A stretch of DNA of 63,864 bases, filler included, from Octopus bimaculoides (Eukaryota): NCBI RefSeq assembly GCF_001194135.2. It is 4 parts of 3 records of this genome, joined end to end, with 100 filler letters (N's around TTAATTAATTAA, not from the genome) between each part and the next. Parts side by side here need not be neighbours in the genome. Positions count along the whole stretch, not along the records: positions 20,386 to 50,029 come from NC_068989.1; 3 more parts are not named here. The stretch is one strand, 5' to 3'. The notes under the pieces were generated by a model. The model worked only from the letters and a program-made list of their open reading frames with translations. It searched no databases and had not been told where the DNA came from. Below, piece after piece: positions 24,736 to 35,720 of the stretch. A program made the position numbers and the translations under genes. Numbering within the stretch: position 1 is the first letter of the stretch; each line of letters begins with the position of its first letter.

Positions 24736-25090
24736 GAGTGAGAGAGCAGCACATGCCATCAAAGTGACACTGAGGTAAAATATACGAAGCCTTGTATACC
24801 CATCATGACTACCCGTCTGATAAGGATACACCAGGCACATGCATCACAACCATATATGCGCAACATGGTGATCTCATATGAAGATAAACAGCACATGATC
24901 TTGCATGTTGGGCCCAGTTAGAATTTTCTTCAGCTCAAGTAGCCCATCTCGCTCAAAAGGTCCCTGAATAAGAGTTGTTTAAGGATGATGAACGAAACAC
25001 CCATGTTTCCAGAGGTGAATTGTTCAAGCTCCAGAGAATTCCTCTCAACATATGGTAATGATGCTCCCCCACTGCTTCTGCTTGTGATCA
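24736..25090. mobile_element. Non-autonomous element abutting a (TTA)n tract; truncated by SINE A
   Basis: Aligns with 28239-28649 (AGATAAACAGC...GTTAGAATTTTCTTCAG...GCTCAAAAGGTCCCTGAATAAG); starts directly after (TTA)n. Confidence 0.75.
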
Positions 25091-25190
25091 AATCGACCCC
25101 AGGACTTATTCTTTGGAAGCCTAGTACTTTTTCTATCGGTCTGTTTTACCGAACCGCTAAGTTACGGTGACGTAAACACACCAGCGTCGG
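25091..25190 (-). mobile_element. SINE family A, 3' part running into gap
   Basis: AATCGACCCCAGGACTTATTC...GAACCGCTAAGTTACGG. Confidence 0.85.
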
Positions 25191-26051
25191 NNNNNNNNNN
25201 NNNNNNNNNNNNNNNNNNNNNNNNNNNNNNNNNNNNNNNNNNNNNNNNNNNNNNNNNNNNNNNNNNNNNNNNNNNNNNNNNNNNNNNNNNNNNNNNNNNN
25301 NNNNNNNNNNNNNNNNNNNNNNNNNNNNNNNNNNNNNNNNNNNNNNNNNNNNNNNNNNNNNNNNNNNNNNNNNNNNNNNNNNNNNNNNNNNNNNNNNNNN
25401 NNNNNNNNNNNNNNNNNNNNNNNNNNNNNNNNNNNNNNNNNNNNNNNNNNNNNNNNNNNNNNNNNNNNNNNNNNNNNNNNNNNNNNNNNNNNNNNNNNNN
25501 NNNNNNNNNNNNNNNNNNNNNNNNNNNNNNNNNNNNNNNNNNNNNNNNNNNNNNNNNNNNNNNNNNNNNNNNNNNNNNNNNNNNNNNNNNNNNNNNNNNN
25601 NNNNNNNNNNNNNNNNNNNNNNNNNNNNNNNNNNNNNNNNNNNNNNNNNNNNNNNNNNNNNNNNNNNNNNNNNNNNNNNNNNNNNNNNNNNNNNNNNNNN
25701 NNNNNNNNNNNNNNNNNNNNNNNNNNNNNNNNNNNNNNNNNNNNNNNNNNNNNNNNNNNNNNNNNNNNNNNNNNNNNNNNNNNNNNNNNNNNNNNNNNNN
25801 NNNNNNNNNNNNNNNNNNNNNNNNNNNNNNNNNNNNNNNNNNNNNNNNNNNNNNNNNNNNNNNNNNNNNNNNNNNNNNNNNNNNNNNNNNNNNNNNNNNN
25901 NNNNNNNNNNNNNNNNNNNNNNNNNNNNNNNNNNNNNNNNNNNNNNNNNNNNNNNNNNNNNNNNNNNNNNNNNNNNNNNNNNNNNNNNNNNNNNNNNNNN
26001 NNNNNNNNNNNNNNNNNNNNNNNNNNNNNNNNNNNNNNNNNNNNNNNNNNN

Positions 26052-26117
<66 letters not shown>

Positions 26118-26122
<5 letters not shown>

Positions 26123-26290
26123 TGTGTTTATGTCCCCGTAAATAAGCAGTTCGGCAAAAATGAACGATAGAATAAATACCACATTTTAAAATAATAAAAC
26201 GTAAGTATACGGGGTCTATTAATTCGACTAAAAATTATTCGAGGTGGTGCCCCAGCATGGCTGAAGGCTGAAACAAGTATAAGGTAAAAG
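26118..26290 (+). mobile_element. SINE family A, 3' part
   Basis: GTGTTTATGTCCCCGTAA...GGTGGTGCCCCAGCATGGC...GAAACAAG. Confidence 0.75.
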
Positions 26291-26937
26291 AATACAAGTA
26301 TTATATTATTTGAAATGTATTTGTACAGCTTGATGAAAAAGCAAAAACGTAACGTATATGTATGTATGTATGCATGTATGGATGGATGGATGGATGGATG
26401 GATGGATGTGTATTGACGGCTCGCGTATCTATAAACGGAGAAAACGAAAGCGACCTAACGAAAGGAGCTATCATCTCTAATAACAATTTGAAATGTCAAC
26501 ATGGCGACAATGTTTAATGAAAGTTACCTCCCTTGGCTAGAGTGGTTCCCCTTCAACCGTAATATGGCAATAAGCTTTAACTATTGCGTCGAGTTTGATC
26601 TGATCGAGTAGACTTACAATTATAGTGTCCATCCCATCTTTTATCAGAGATCATATATCTAGGATTACATTACTTAATGTGACTTGTCTTGTTTGAGCCT
26701 GTAGGATTTAATTTGAACGTGTGATAATTTTGGGCTGTCGGTGTAGATCACAGTTCTTCGCATCTCTACAGTCACATGCAAATATGATTCACATCGTTTC
26801 TCATTTTAATGATATTGATAGCATAGTGGAAGTCGCATATTACAATAGATAATATAGTGGAAGTCGCATATTACAATCACAAATAATGTTATTATTATCA
26901 AAAGTTATGCTTCTTTAACAGACCCAGAATATTCTTT

Positions 26938-27065
26938 TCTACTCTAGGTAGAAAGCCCGAAAGTTTTGGGGAGGGGGCCAGTCGATTAAATCGACCCCAG
27001 TAAGCAACTGGTACTTAATTTATCGACCCTGAAAGGATGAAAGGCAAAGTTGACCTCGGCAGAAT
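26938..27065 (-). mobile_element. 5'-truncated SINE family D with perfect 20-bp TSD
   Basis: ACAGACCCAGAATATTCTTT at 26918-26937 and 27066-27085. Confidence 0.92.
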
Positions 27066-27996
27066 ACAGACCCAGAATATTCTTTGTATAATCTGCTAAT
27101 CATTGTCAACCGAGTAATAATAATATCTAAAACGCTCTGTCGCAAAGTGATCACAATTAGTAGTTTTTACTTTATTTTTGTACCGCAACAATAGATTATA
27201 AAACAAAAAAAGATATTTTTTTTATTCCTAGATTATATAAATTGAAATGAAATGGATTATGTGTGTACTTACATTATATTTTCTTTCCTCAGGCCCTGGG
27301 ACTAATAAGGCCGGCTACTCAGTTTGTATGATGCATAAGTGACCGAGACCATAACTTTTCCCCTGAACGAAACGCAGAGATTAGGAGCAGCGATTTCTGA
27401 TGTGAGTGGACAAGTCGATTACAATCAATTCATTATTTGACTGAACTTTACCTTTCAACCCTTAATCTAGAATGCCGTTCCAATTCGTTACTTGTGTTAG
27501 AGATCGGAGCGAGCCCAGGAAAGCTTTTTGATGTCTGAAGAAACAAGGCCGTCCCTATTGATACATAGATGGCCACTGGTCTGACGGTATCACCTTTCTG
27601 AATTTCATGTCCTGGACCACGAGCTTTCCCTCGAAATCCAATATGATTGATACAACCTCGAAATCTGAAGATCTCGGAGTAACACTGCCTCCTTACCACC
27701 CTACCTCGAGAGATGACGAGACGAGAGTGCTTGTATTCCAGAGATCATGATCTCGTTAATGGTTACTACATCTATGTTTGGCGACTTGAGGTGCTAAGTA
27801 AGTTACTTTGCTGCCAAGTTTATCCAAGGCCGTACACATTCATATACCTAACTTTGAGGAAAGCCATATTTGTCGGAGAGAAAAAAATGAGCTGTCACTC
27901 ACTTTGATACACTTTCGGGGTCGATAAAATATGTACCGATTGAAGTCTGGGGTAGATTAGTCGAAATCCCCTTGCCCAAGATTTCAGGCCTCGTGC

Positions 27997-28222
27997 CTAT
28001 TGTATAACACCACACATTCTCAGTCCGAACTTCATTCTGATATCAGTACTGAAAGTATACACGGTATCAACGAGGGAACTGACTTGGGCTTCATCTTTAC
28101 CATTAAATTTGAGGTCATCTATGAATAAAAAATGGTTGACCTTTTGTTGGCGGCTTTTGAATACATACCCAGCTTTTGCTTTCTTCAGAATCAGTGTTAG
28201 TGATATCAATCACAGTACAAAG
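27997..28222 (-). mobile_element. R4/Dong-like (RLE-type) LINE reverse transcriptase fragment
   Basis: ISLTLILKKAKAGY...KVNHFLFIDDLKF...MKFGLRMC matches the LIPL..IL....GY / INHLLFMDDLKL / MKFGLDKC motifs. Confidence 0.85.
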
Positions 28223-28238
28223 ATCAATGAGGACATGC

Positions 28239-28648
28239 AGATAAACAGCGCATGACCTTGCAGGTGGGGCACAGTTAGAATTTTCTTCAGGTCGAGTAGC
28301 CCATCCCGCTCAAAAGGTCCCTGAATAAGGTTTGTTTATGGATGTTGAGCAAAACGCCCATGTTTCTAAAGGTGAATTATTCAAACCCCAAAGAATTCCT
28401 CTCAACAAATGGCTATGATGCTCCCCCCACTATCTCTGCTCATGATTAGAGATGCACATATCGTCAGCCACCAAGGGTCATGCTCAACTGGTTAAGGTCA
28501 AACAACTGACAAGTAAATCTGTGGTATTGAGCAGAATATTTGCTGTAGCCCATCTTTTATACCAAGACAAAACAGTGTACATGATAACACTTCCAATCAA
28601 TTAAGATCAGAAGCCATGAGAGCCACTGCCTGGTATTGCATCAGGGCA

Positions 28649-28649
<1 letters not shown>
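28239..28649. mobile_element. Non-autonomous element abutting (ATT)n, second copy
   Basis: Overlaps 24736-25090 in sequence and ends CATCAGGGCAT directly into (ATT)n. Confidence 0.75.
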
Positions 28650-28716
<67 letters not shown>

Positions 28717-28920
28717 CGGCCGTTGAGCTGATAAAATTGTTAGTGCGCTCGGCAAAATACTTAGTGGCATTTCGCCGGTTGTGTTTAAATTTCGCCAAGG
28801 TTGACTTTGTCTTTTATCCTTTTAGGGTCGATAAAATAACTACGTGTTGAGCACTGGGGTCGATGCAATCGACTTACTCTCTCCCGCGAAATTGCTGGCC
28901 TTGGGCCAAAATTTGAAATC
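28717..28920 (+). mobile_element. SINE family D, diverged
   Basis: GGCCGTTGAGCTGA head, GGGTCGATAAAATAA...CTGGGGTCGATGCAATCGAC body, inserted at the end of (ATT)n. Confidence 0.75.
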
Positions 28921-29324
28921 ATTGTTATTATTATTAAATATATATGATCGATCTTCCTTTGTTTAAAGCGATGGGAGTTCGGCTGTTCGACCAACTGGTT
29001 CATTAAATAAACTGTAAGTAACTGAGTATTCCACATCCATGTATACCCTTAACGTTATTCACAAGCCAAATTAGTGTGACAACGCTGGACGACAATGCAG
29101 GATCTTTGCACTACTAGTTCAACGAGGTTCACTCTCAAATTCTCCCCCACCTAATGCCGTCCACAAGGCTTGGATCAACCTTCGGGTCGATCACAACTTG
29201 GAATCGAACCTAAATCGTTTTAAAATCTTCTTCGCCATTCTTAACCACTCGTCCATACTTGCATCTATAGACACACACATATATTATATGTATATTGTTG
29301 GTCAATCTATATTTTTCCGTAAGG

Positions 29325-29545
29325 ACCATAGACCCACTTTCCCGATCTTTCTGCTGTATGTATTCGTCCCTGGACAGGACACCGGTCCGTCGCAGGGTTA
29401 TTCATTTTTACCAGCTGGGTGGACTCGAGCAATGTGAAATGAAGTGTTTTACTCAAGAACACAACGCATCGCCCGATCCAGCAATCGAAACTGCAATCTT
29501 ACGATCGTGAGTTCTACAACTAACCACTAAGCCATGTGCATCCAC
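29325..29545 (-). mobile_element. SINE family C (CORE-like)
   Basis: CAGCTGGGTGGACTCGAGCAATGTGAAATGAAGTGTTTTACTCAAGAACACAACGCATCG is the reverse complement of the 35457 body. Confidence 0.8.
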
Positions 29546-30096
29546 TTTATATGTATATACACGCATATTTTACATATACTTTGCATGCATACACATATAT
29601 ATGCGCTCGCGTTGCTAAATTAGAATGTAATGGGAAAGCAAACGAAAACAAATGAAAAGAGAGATTGCCATTGGTTAATGAAATGCTAACATTGCAATTT
29701 GCGAAACCAATATTATATATCTTTATGAGTAACTGTGATGAATAGGGTGTATTACTGTATGACACATTATCTCAATATCCAGCTTGAAAAATCGAGTTTT
29801 ACCAAGGTAGAATCGTGTCGTATAATTCACACGCGTTAAGTCTGAGCCTGTCACTTAAATTGATTGCCAATCTGTCACATTCAAATTTGCAATGTCATAA
29901 TCCTGATGTATTACTAATGTTTCACTTTTCTAGAATACATTCACCAGCAATTTAAATTTATTATGATACTGGAATATCACTTAAGTATGTTGTCAATGTA
30001 ATATAGAAATATATATTAAACGCATCACGTGTATACATACATATATGTTTGTATTTATGTATGGAGGGAGTGATATATATGTGTATTTATATATAC

Positions 30097-30148
<52 letters not shown>

Positions 30149-30226
30149 GTGTATATATATATGTATATAAATATATATAATATATATACATATATATATC
30201 CACATACATATACATACACACACATT

Positions 30227-30289
<63 letters not shown>

Positions 30290-30311
30290 CAAAGATACAG
30301 ACGCACACACA

Positions 30312-30960
30312 TTACTTGCTGAGTTTGTAGGAAGAAGCAAGAACCTTGAACTTTGCAGGCTTCGCAGGGGCCTGCAAGTGTTCCGTTTAAATATTTAGAG
30401 GTCAACATCTGCAGGAAATACAAGAACAGGAACAAGATTCCCGTGGGTAAATGTTCTAAGGAGGAAGAGGTAGACACGGTAGTTAATGCAGGGTAGGTGG
30501 GGTTGGACGCAACTAGGACGGTGAGAGGTTTAAAGACAAGTGGGTCAAGGTTGTTGAGTGATGGACTTAGGAGAGCAGCCATCTCTGAGAAACAGAGACC
30601 ATTATAGTAGTAATAGAAAACACACAGAGAGGAGATTGCACTTGTAGAGCGTGTCTTATAGTGATTGAATGCTAATCAGTGGCTTAGTTCTGGGATTCTG
30701 TCTAGAGTGTTTGTGAGTTTAGCAGTAGCACCGTCGTAAATGTGAGAGCACTACTCAATTGTGGCCCACGACAGCCTGTAGGATGTCAAGAGCAGTTGGA
30801 GTCTAAAATGCTTTCCTGTCAGTGAAAAGCTGGTCACTCCTTGGGGTTCGCTTTTATCTATGCTAAGAATATGCTTTTGCCAGGAGAGATCATCGGTGAT
30901 AATGAGATCTAGTTTTTGGAGCGACTGTGAGACTTCTGATTGAATGCCGCTTACGATCAG
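30312..30960 (-). mobile_element. CR1/L2-group LINE ORF2 3' fragment, decayed
   Basis: LIITDDLSWQKHILSI...TIE, followed by a frameshifted RPTIEYCSHIW-like and SLCLFYRYYNGLCS-like post-RT region. Confidence 0.75.
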
Positions 30961-30963
30961 AGA

Positions 30964-31299
30964 GTGGAGGCGCAATGGCCCAGTGTTTAGGGCAGTGGAC
31001 TCGCGGTCATAGGATTGCGGTTTCGATTCCCAGACAGGGCGTTGTNNNNNNNNNNNNNNNNNNNNNNNNNNNNNNNNNNNNNNNNNNNNNNNNNNNNNNN
31101 NNNNNNNNNNNNNNNNGTTGTGCCTGTAATTCAAAGGGTCAGCCTTGTCACACTGTGTCACGCTGAATATCCCCGAGAACAACGTTAAGGGTACACGTGT
31201 CTGTGGAGTGCTCAGCCACTTGCACGTTAATTTCACAAGCAGGCTGTTCCGTTGATCGGATCATCTGGAACCCTCGACGTCGTAAACGACAGAGTGCCA
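30964..31299 (+). mobile_element. SINE family B
   Basis: Matches 36128-36510; contains an internal N gap. Confidence 0.9.
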
Positions 31300-31329
31300 G
31301 ACACCATGATCAGAGTGGTATGGTAAAGA

Positions 31330-33110
31330 GATATTATCTTGAGATAAGTAGTGCTCGAGTTTTTCTTTTTTGAATTTTTGCTCGAATTGAGACAAAGCTG
31401 GCATGATGTCACTGAAGAATTCTCAAAAATGTCTCCGATTACACAGTCAGTGAAGGTTGGTGTGTGGTGTGTATTCTGTGTGTGTTTGGTGCATGGTTGG
31501 AAAAGTTATGTTAAAATGAAGAGTCGTTTCAGGTGTTTTTTGGGTGTTACGGCAAGTCGACCATTGATGTACAGAAGGAAAAAAGTTATAATTAATCTTT
31601 TGATTTTCCTTTCTTGAAAGCCTAAGTTGTTTATTCTTACGAGTGTGTTAAAGTGTGGTTTGCTCATTTGTTGAGGCCTTTGAAGGGAAGTGCGAATAAG
31701 CAATAGATCAGGCCTAATTTATCCCAAGTCAGCTTTGTACAGATTAATGATATCAAATGGGTTTGCTAGAGTGAGTGTGGTTGTTTTGATTTTTGTATAT
31801 TGCAAATATACATTCTATATTATATATTGCAAATATTGTTTTGGTTTCGCCGTCAGAGAGAAGGGATTTCTCAATTGAAACGTTGTGAATTGGGCTAGAG
31901 TTATCAATATTTAGCTTCAGGCTCTTTTGTTATGTTTCGTTGGCTCAAATACGAGTTCAGAAAGAAAAAACGCATTCTTAGAGTTAAACAGCAACTCTAC
32001 AATTGTTTTGTTAAGGACTGAGTTACCATTCCTTGGTTTCAAAGTATTTATAGGCCATCCCACATAGATAAAGCTGAGGTCATCCATCACTAATGTTTCC
32101 AGCATTGTGTTTTAAAATAAAAGACTTACTTTTGCCACGACACTCTCAGAAACATAGCAGAAATGCTTGGTGAGGCCTATAGAAACCAATTATTGTTAGG
32201 TCGTTGGCTTTATAGTATATAAACACAGAATCTATTGTTTGCAGCTTTTGCAAAAGAATTGTGGAGTAAAATGATGGTTTTTTTCCCTTCATTTCGACCA
32301 GCACAATCTGTGTGAATGATGGTGAAGTTTCTGATTGCTTACTTGATAGGAATTGCTTACGTCGGTCTAACTTAAGATAAAGAAAACTATGCAGCCTGTC
32401 AGTTAAGCATTCCAACTCTCTATAAACGGAATCACCCATTTTTGAGTGCTCAGGAATGTGTTGATACCTTGTACATTTGATAAGTAAGTCAAAATTGGGT
32501 TGGTTTGTTGTTTATGTTGTTGCCAAAGCCTTGGATTATGCAACTTGTTTCGTGGAAGTACTGGGTGCAGTTTGTACACCGAGTTGTCTGTGGAGAGTGA
32601 TGATTTAATTGAGGTTTGGTTGCATTGATGCCGCGAGGTGATGGCTGCTGACTAGCTATTGAACTTGAAGGCTTAAATTGGTTCTCATATTTTCCAGTAT
32701 AGGTCAGTAAAAAAATGGATCTTCTCTTGGACCAATTTGTGTAAACATTTTTGCTGCACTTCATATAATTAGGTCGGAGGTGTGTCTATATTTAAATTGG
32801 CATTCATTATTGCATTGTTGTCTGTTATTTGTTTATCGTTTTGTGCTTTCCAAGTAATGGGCTGTCGAACGTTTTCAGAGACAGATCGTTCAGACTGTTT
32901 CGAATGGAAAAAGGCATCCGCATCTGGTGTCAACTCCGTAGACTCTCTGTTTTGAAGGGANNNNNNNNNNNNNNNNNNNNNNNNNNNNNNNNNNNNNNNN
33001 NNNNNNNNNNNNNNNNNNNNNNNNNNNNNNNNNNNNNNNNNNNNNNNNNNNNNNNNNNNNTTTTGAAGGGAAGAAAGCATCCGCATCTGGTGTCAACTCC
33101 GTAGACTCAC
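31330..33110 (-). mobile_element. CR1/L2/Jockey-group LINE 5' half (ORF1 PHD-like finger plus APE endonuclease), decayed
   Basis: RCTNCTQYFHETSC (C-x2-C-x3-H-x3-C), then LSNVQGINT, FILS*T (LSET), TDCAGRNEG (RxDR...GGG), LTIIGFYRP, LVFEPTK and NLYKADLG motifs in successive frames. Confidence 0.65.
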
Positions 33111-33338
33111 AGTTATATCATAAAGACGAAATTTTCTTATAAGAAGTGAATATAGAAAGATGTTGTAAAGGGGAGCGGCCTTTTATATTGCTGCCAATGG
33201 ATCAAATTTAAAGATGCCCTGTGCATTGTGGCAGCAAGCTTTTTTAAATGAAGGACATCATTTTTGTTTTGGTTTGTGAAGCTGCTGCATGGGAACTCTT
33301 GCTTTTGTACATCAACCTTTTGAAACTAATCTTAGTAG

Positions 33339-33600
33339 ATTATTTACATTATTTGCAATTAATGGATATTTGTCCTCATTTTGTTTGTTGTTAACACAAC
33401 GTTTCGGCTGATATACCCTCCAGCCTTCATCAGGTGTCTTGGGGAAATTTCGAACCTGGGTTCTCATTCCTAAGGTATTTTTCGATGTTATTATTATTAT
33501 CATTATTATTATTATTATTATTATTCAGTTCACTGCCTGGAATCGAACTTGGAATCTTGGGGTTAGTAGCCCGCGCTCTTAACCACTACGCTATATGCCC
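33339..33600 (-). mobile_element. tRNA-headed short element with hammerhead ribozyme (SINE/retrozyme-like)
   Basis: A box TAGCGTAGTGG, B box AGTTCGATTCC, (AAT)n linker, body with hammerhead, (AATGTAAAT)n tail. The body is near-identical to 45751-45895. Confidence 0.75.
33393..33438 (-). ncRNA. Minimal type I hammerhead ribozyme
   Basis: GACAC-CTGATGA-A-GGCTG[GAGGGTATAT]CAGCC-GAA-AC/GT-T-GTGTT: all core nucleotides present, 5-bp stems I and II, loopless palindromic stem III, GUU triplet. Confidence 0.8.
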
Positions 33601-35046
33601 GTGGGCATATATATTAAGAGCGCGGGATACATAATTATTTGTTCTTGAAACCAGATATGGATCTACAAATAATTCATATGGAATGTGGAAGCGAAATGTA
33701 GCGCGCGTAAATTCATATGAATCTATGTGCATCCACAAAGACAATAGATAAATTAGTGTGTAGTCGCATATATTCTTTGTTAGCATACAAAAAGACAAGG
33801 TTCATTGGGACATCAATTTCTGATGTTAAAACGGAGTAGAATTAATTATTAAAAGATAACCGATGAGGTCTTGTGTTAATCCATCTTATTTTTGAATATT
33901 TTTTAATACACACTCACACCCCAAAAGATACACACACCAAAATACACACATATACACATGCACACGCACACGCATGCACACGCATGCACACGTATGCACA
34001 CGCATGCGCACGCACACGCATGCGCACGCACACACACGTAATTACACATATTACTGCTGAATAGCAGTAATAGGTTAAAGGAATTTTAACTATTTTACAA
34101 TTAAATTAACACTTAACGTAAGCGTTGTTCCGGTGGGATTAAATAAATCACTTAATTATTTTTTCTTGAAACCAGATATGGATCTACAAATAATCATAAT
34201 ACAGATCCATGGTTAATGAATATATTACTTTTAACCAGGGCGTACATCGTAATTATTGGTATGCTGATAGACAATATAGATCTCTTACCCAATCCGTAAC
34301 ATTACATAAGTAAGATATATTTATTAATCACTTTTCTAGTTACCGTTCATAATAGAAATACTGTTTTATATTGCCTATAGGAAAATAATCATCTATTCAC
34401 TAAATTTACCACATTCAATACGACGAGCTTGTCACCACTAGCTACAGTATTGTATACAACGACCACATATTAATATCAAGAATCATTTATCAAAAGATTG
34501 AGTCAGCAACAGAAAATTGCTTAGATGAACAAAATATATGTAGGATACAAATAACTTCACGAGTTTTACGAATTTATATGCAAAAATGATTGATGACAAT
34601 TCATGGAAAATATAGACTCAATTGGTTCTCAGAATGTAGATTTCTTATTTAGAGTCAGAAAATACGTTAGTAATTTCTAACCGTTTACGAAGTACATGCA
34701 AATGTAATTCACAGCAGCTAATTAACTCTCAGAGACCTGCTGTTACTCATCTTATGAATGTGATATGCTTCCTTTATTTCATATCACAAATAATGAAACC
34801 TGTACATCTGAACTCGCAAGCTAAATCGGTCAATCCTGAAATCTAACCGATCAAGAGGTCTTTCCATTTCCTTCATAGCTACCATTTCAAGCAATCTAAA
34901 TTTATAAATATATTCTTGATTATTTCATGACTTTCCGCTCTCAAGAACACAGCTGTCACTCAAAAAACTGATATATTTGCAGCTAAAGAAATTTTGCGTA
35001 ATGTCGGGTTCCAAATGTCACACCCGCGTCACTGTAGATAACGCAC

Positions 35047-35244
35047 AGACTGATATTTCAAAATGGCATTAAGTCCCTTGTTTGCATTATATTTTGCGTA
35101 TCCTGGAGGTTCGGAAATAGATGACAAACTAGGCAATGTGTGTACACGCATGGCTGTGCGCTTAAAATTTTCGGCTCTCATCCATTGCCACGGGATGTCT
35201 GTGGCCTGAAATTTGTTTGTGTTTTGTTGTTTTTTGTCTTTCAT
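35047..35244 (-). CDS. Possible first coding exon, unknown product (MKDKKQQNTNKFQATDIPWQWMRAENFKRTAMRVHTLPSLSSISEPPGYAKYNANKGLNAILKYQS)
   Basis: CAACA-ATG context, 66 codons, TCT|GTGCGT donor before the stop. TATATAG (35363-35357) and TCAGTC Inr-like (35338-35333) lie upstream. No homology recognised. Confidence 0.25.
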
Positions 35245-35456
35245 TGTTGAATCGCAGTCATTGTTTGGAAGAGAGAAAGCGAGAGAGAGAGAGAGAGAGT
35301 GAGAGTGAGAGTGTGTGAGAGAGAGGGAGACAGACTGACAGACAGAAAGAAAAACCCTATATAAGAGGATCTCTCAAGGCTAATAACGCAGTATTCGGTA
35401 CTCTACCAAGACATCCATGTTAAGTTGGATATAGAGCGTACCTTTTTCGTATTAAT

Positions 35457-35720
35457 GTGGAGGCGTGTGGCTTAGTGGTTAGGGTGTCAGCATCATGATC
35501 GTAAGATTGTGGTTTCGATTCCTGGACCGGGCGATGCGTTGTGTTCTTGAGCAAAACACTTCATTTCACGTTGCTCCAGTCCACTCAGCTGGCAAAAACG
35601 AGTAACGTTGCGATGGACTGGCGTCTCGTCCACCTGGGGAACACATACGCCATTGAAACCGGGAAACCGGGCCCATGAGCCTGGCTAGGCTTTAAAAGGG
35701 CGCATTTATGTTTTTATTAT
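35457..35720 (+). mobile_element. SINE family C (CORE-like, about 260 bp) with 14-bp TSD
   Basis: tRNA-like head plus TTGTGTTCTTGAGCAAAACACTTCATTTCACGTTGCTCCAGTCCACTCAGCTGG core. TSD TTTTTCGTATTAAT at 35443-35456 and 35721-35734. Confidence 0.92.

Noticed and set aside
28560-28649. Possible HDV-like ribozyme at the end of the (TAA)n-associated element
   Set aside because: I could not assemble P1/P2/P3 pairings by eye; it needs a descriptor search.
29993-30340. [16 protein letters not shown]/poly-I, -M, -R, -F ORFs throughout the window
   Set aside because: These are translations of di-, tri- and tetranucleotide microsatellites.
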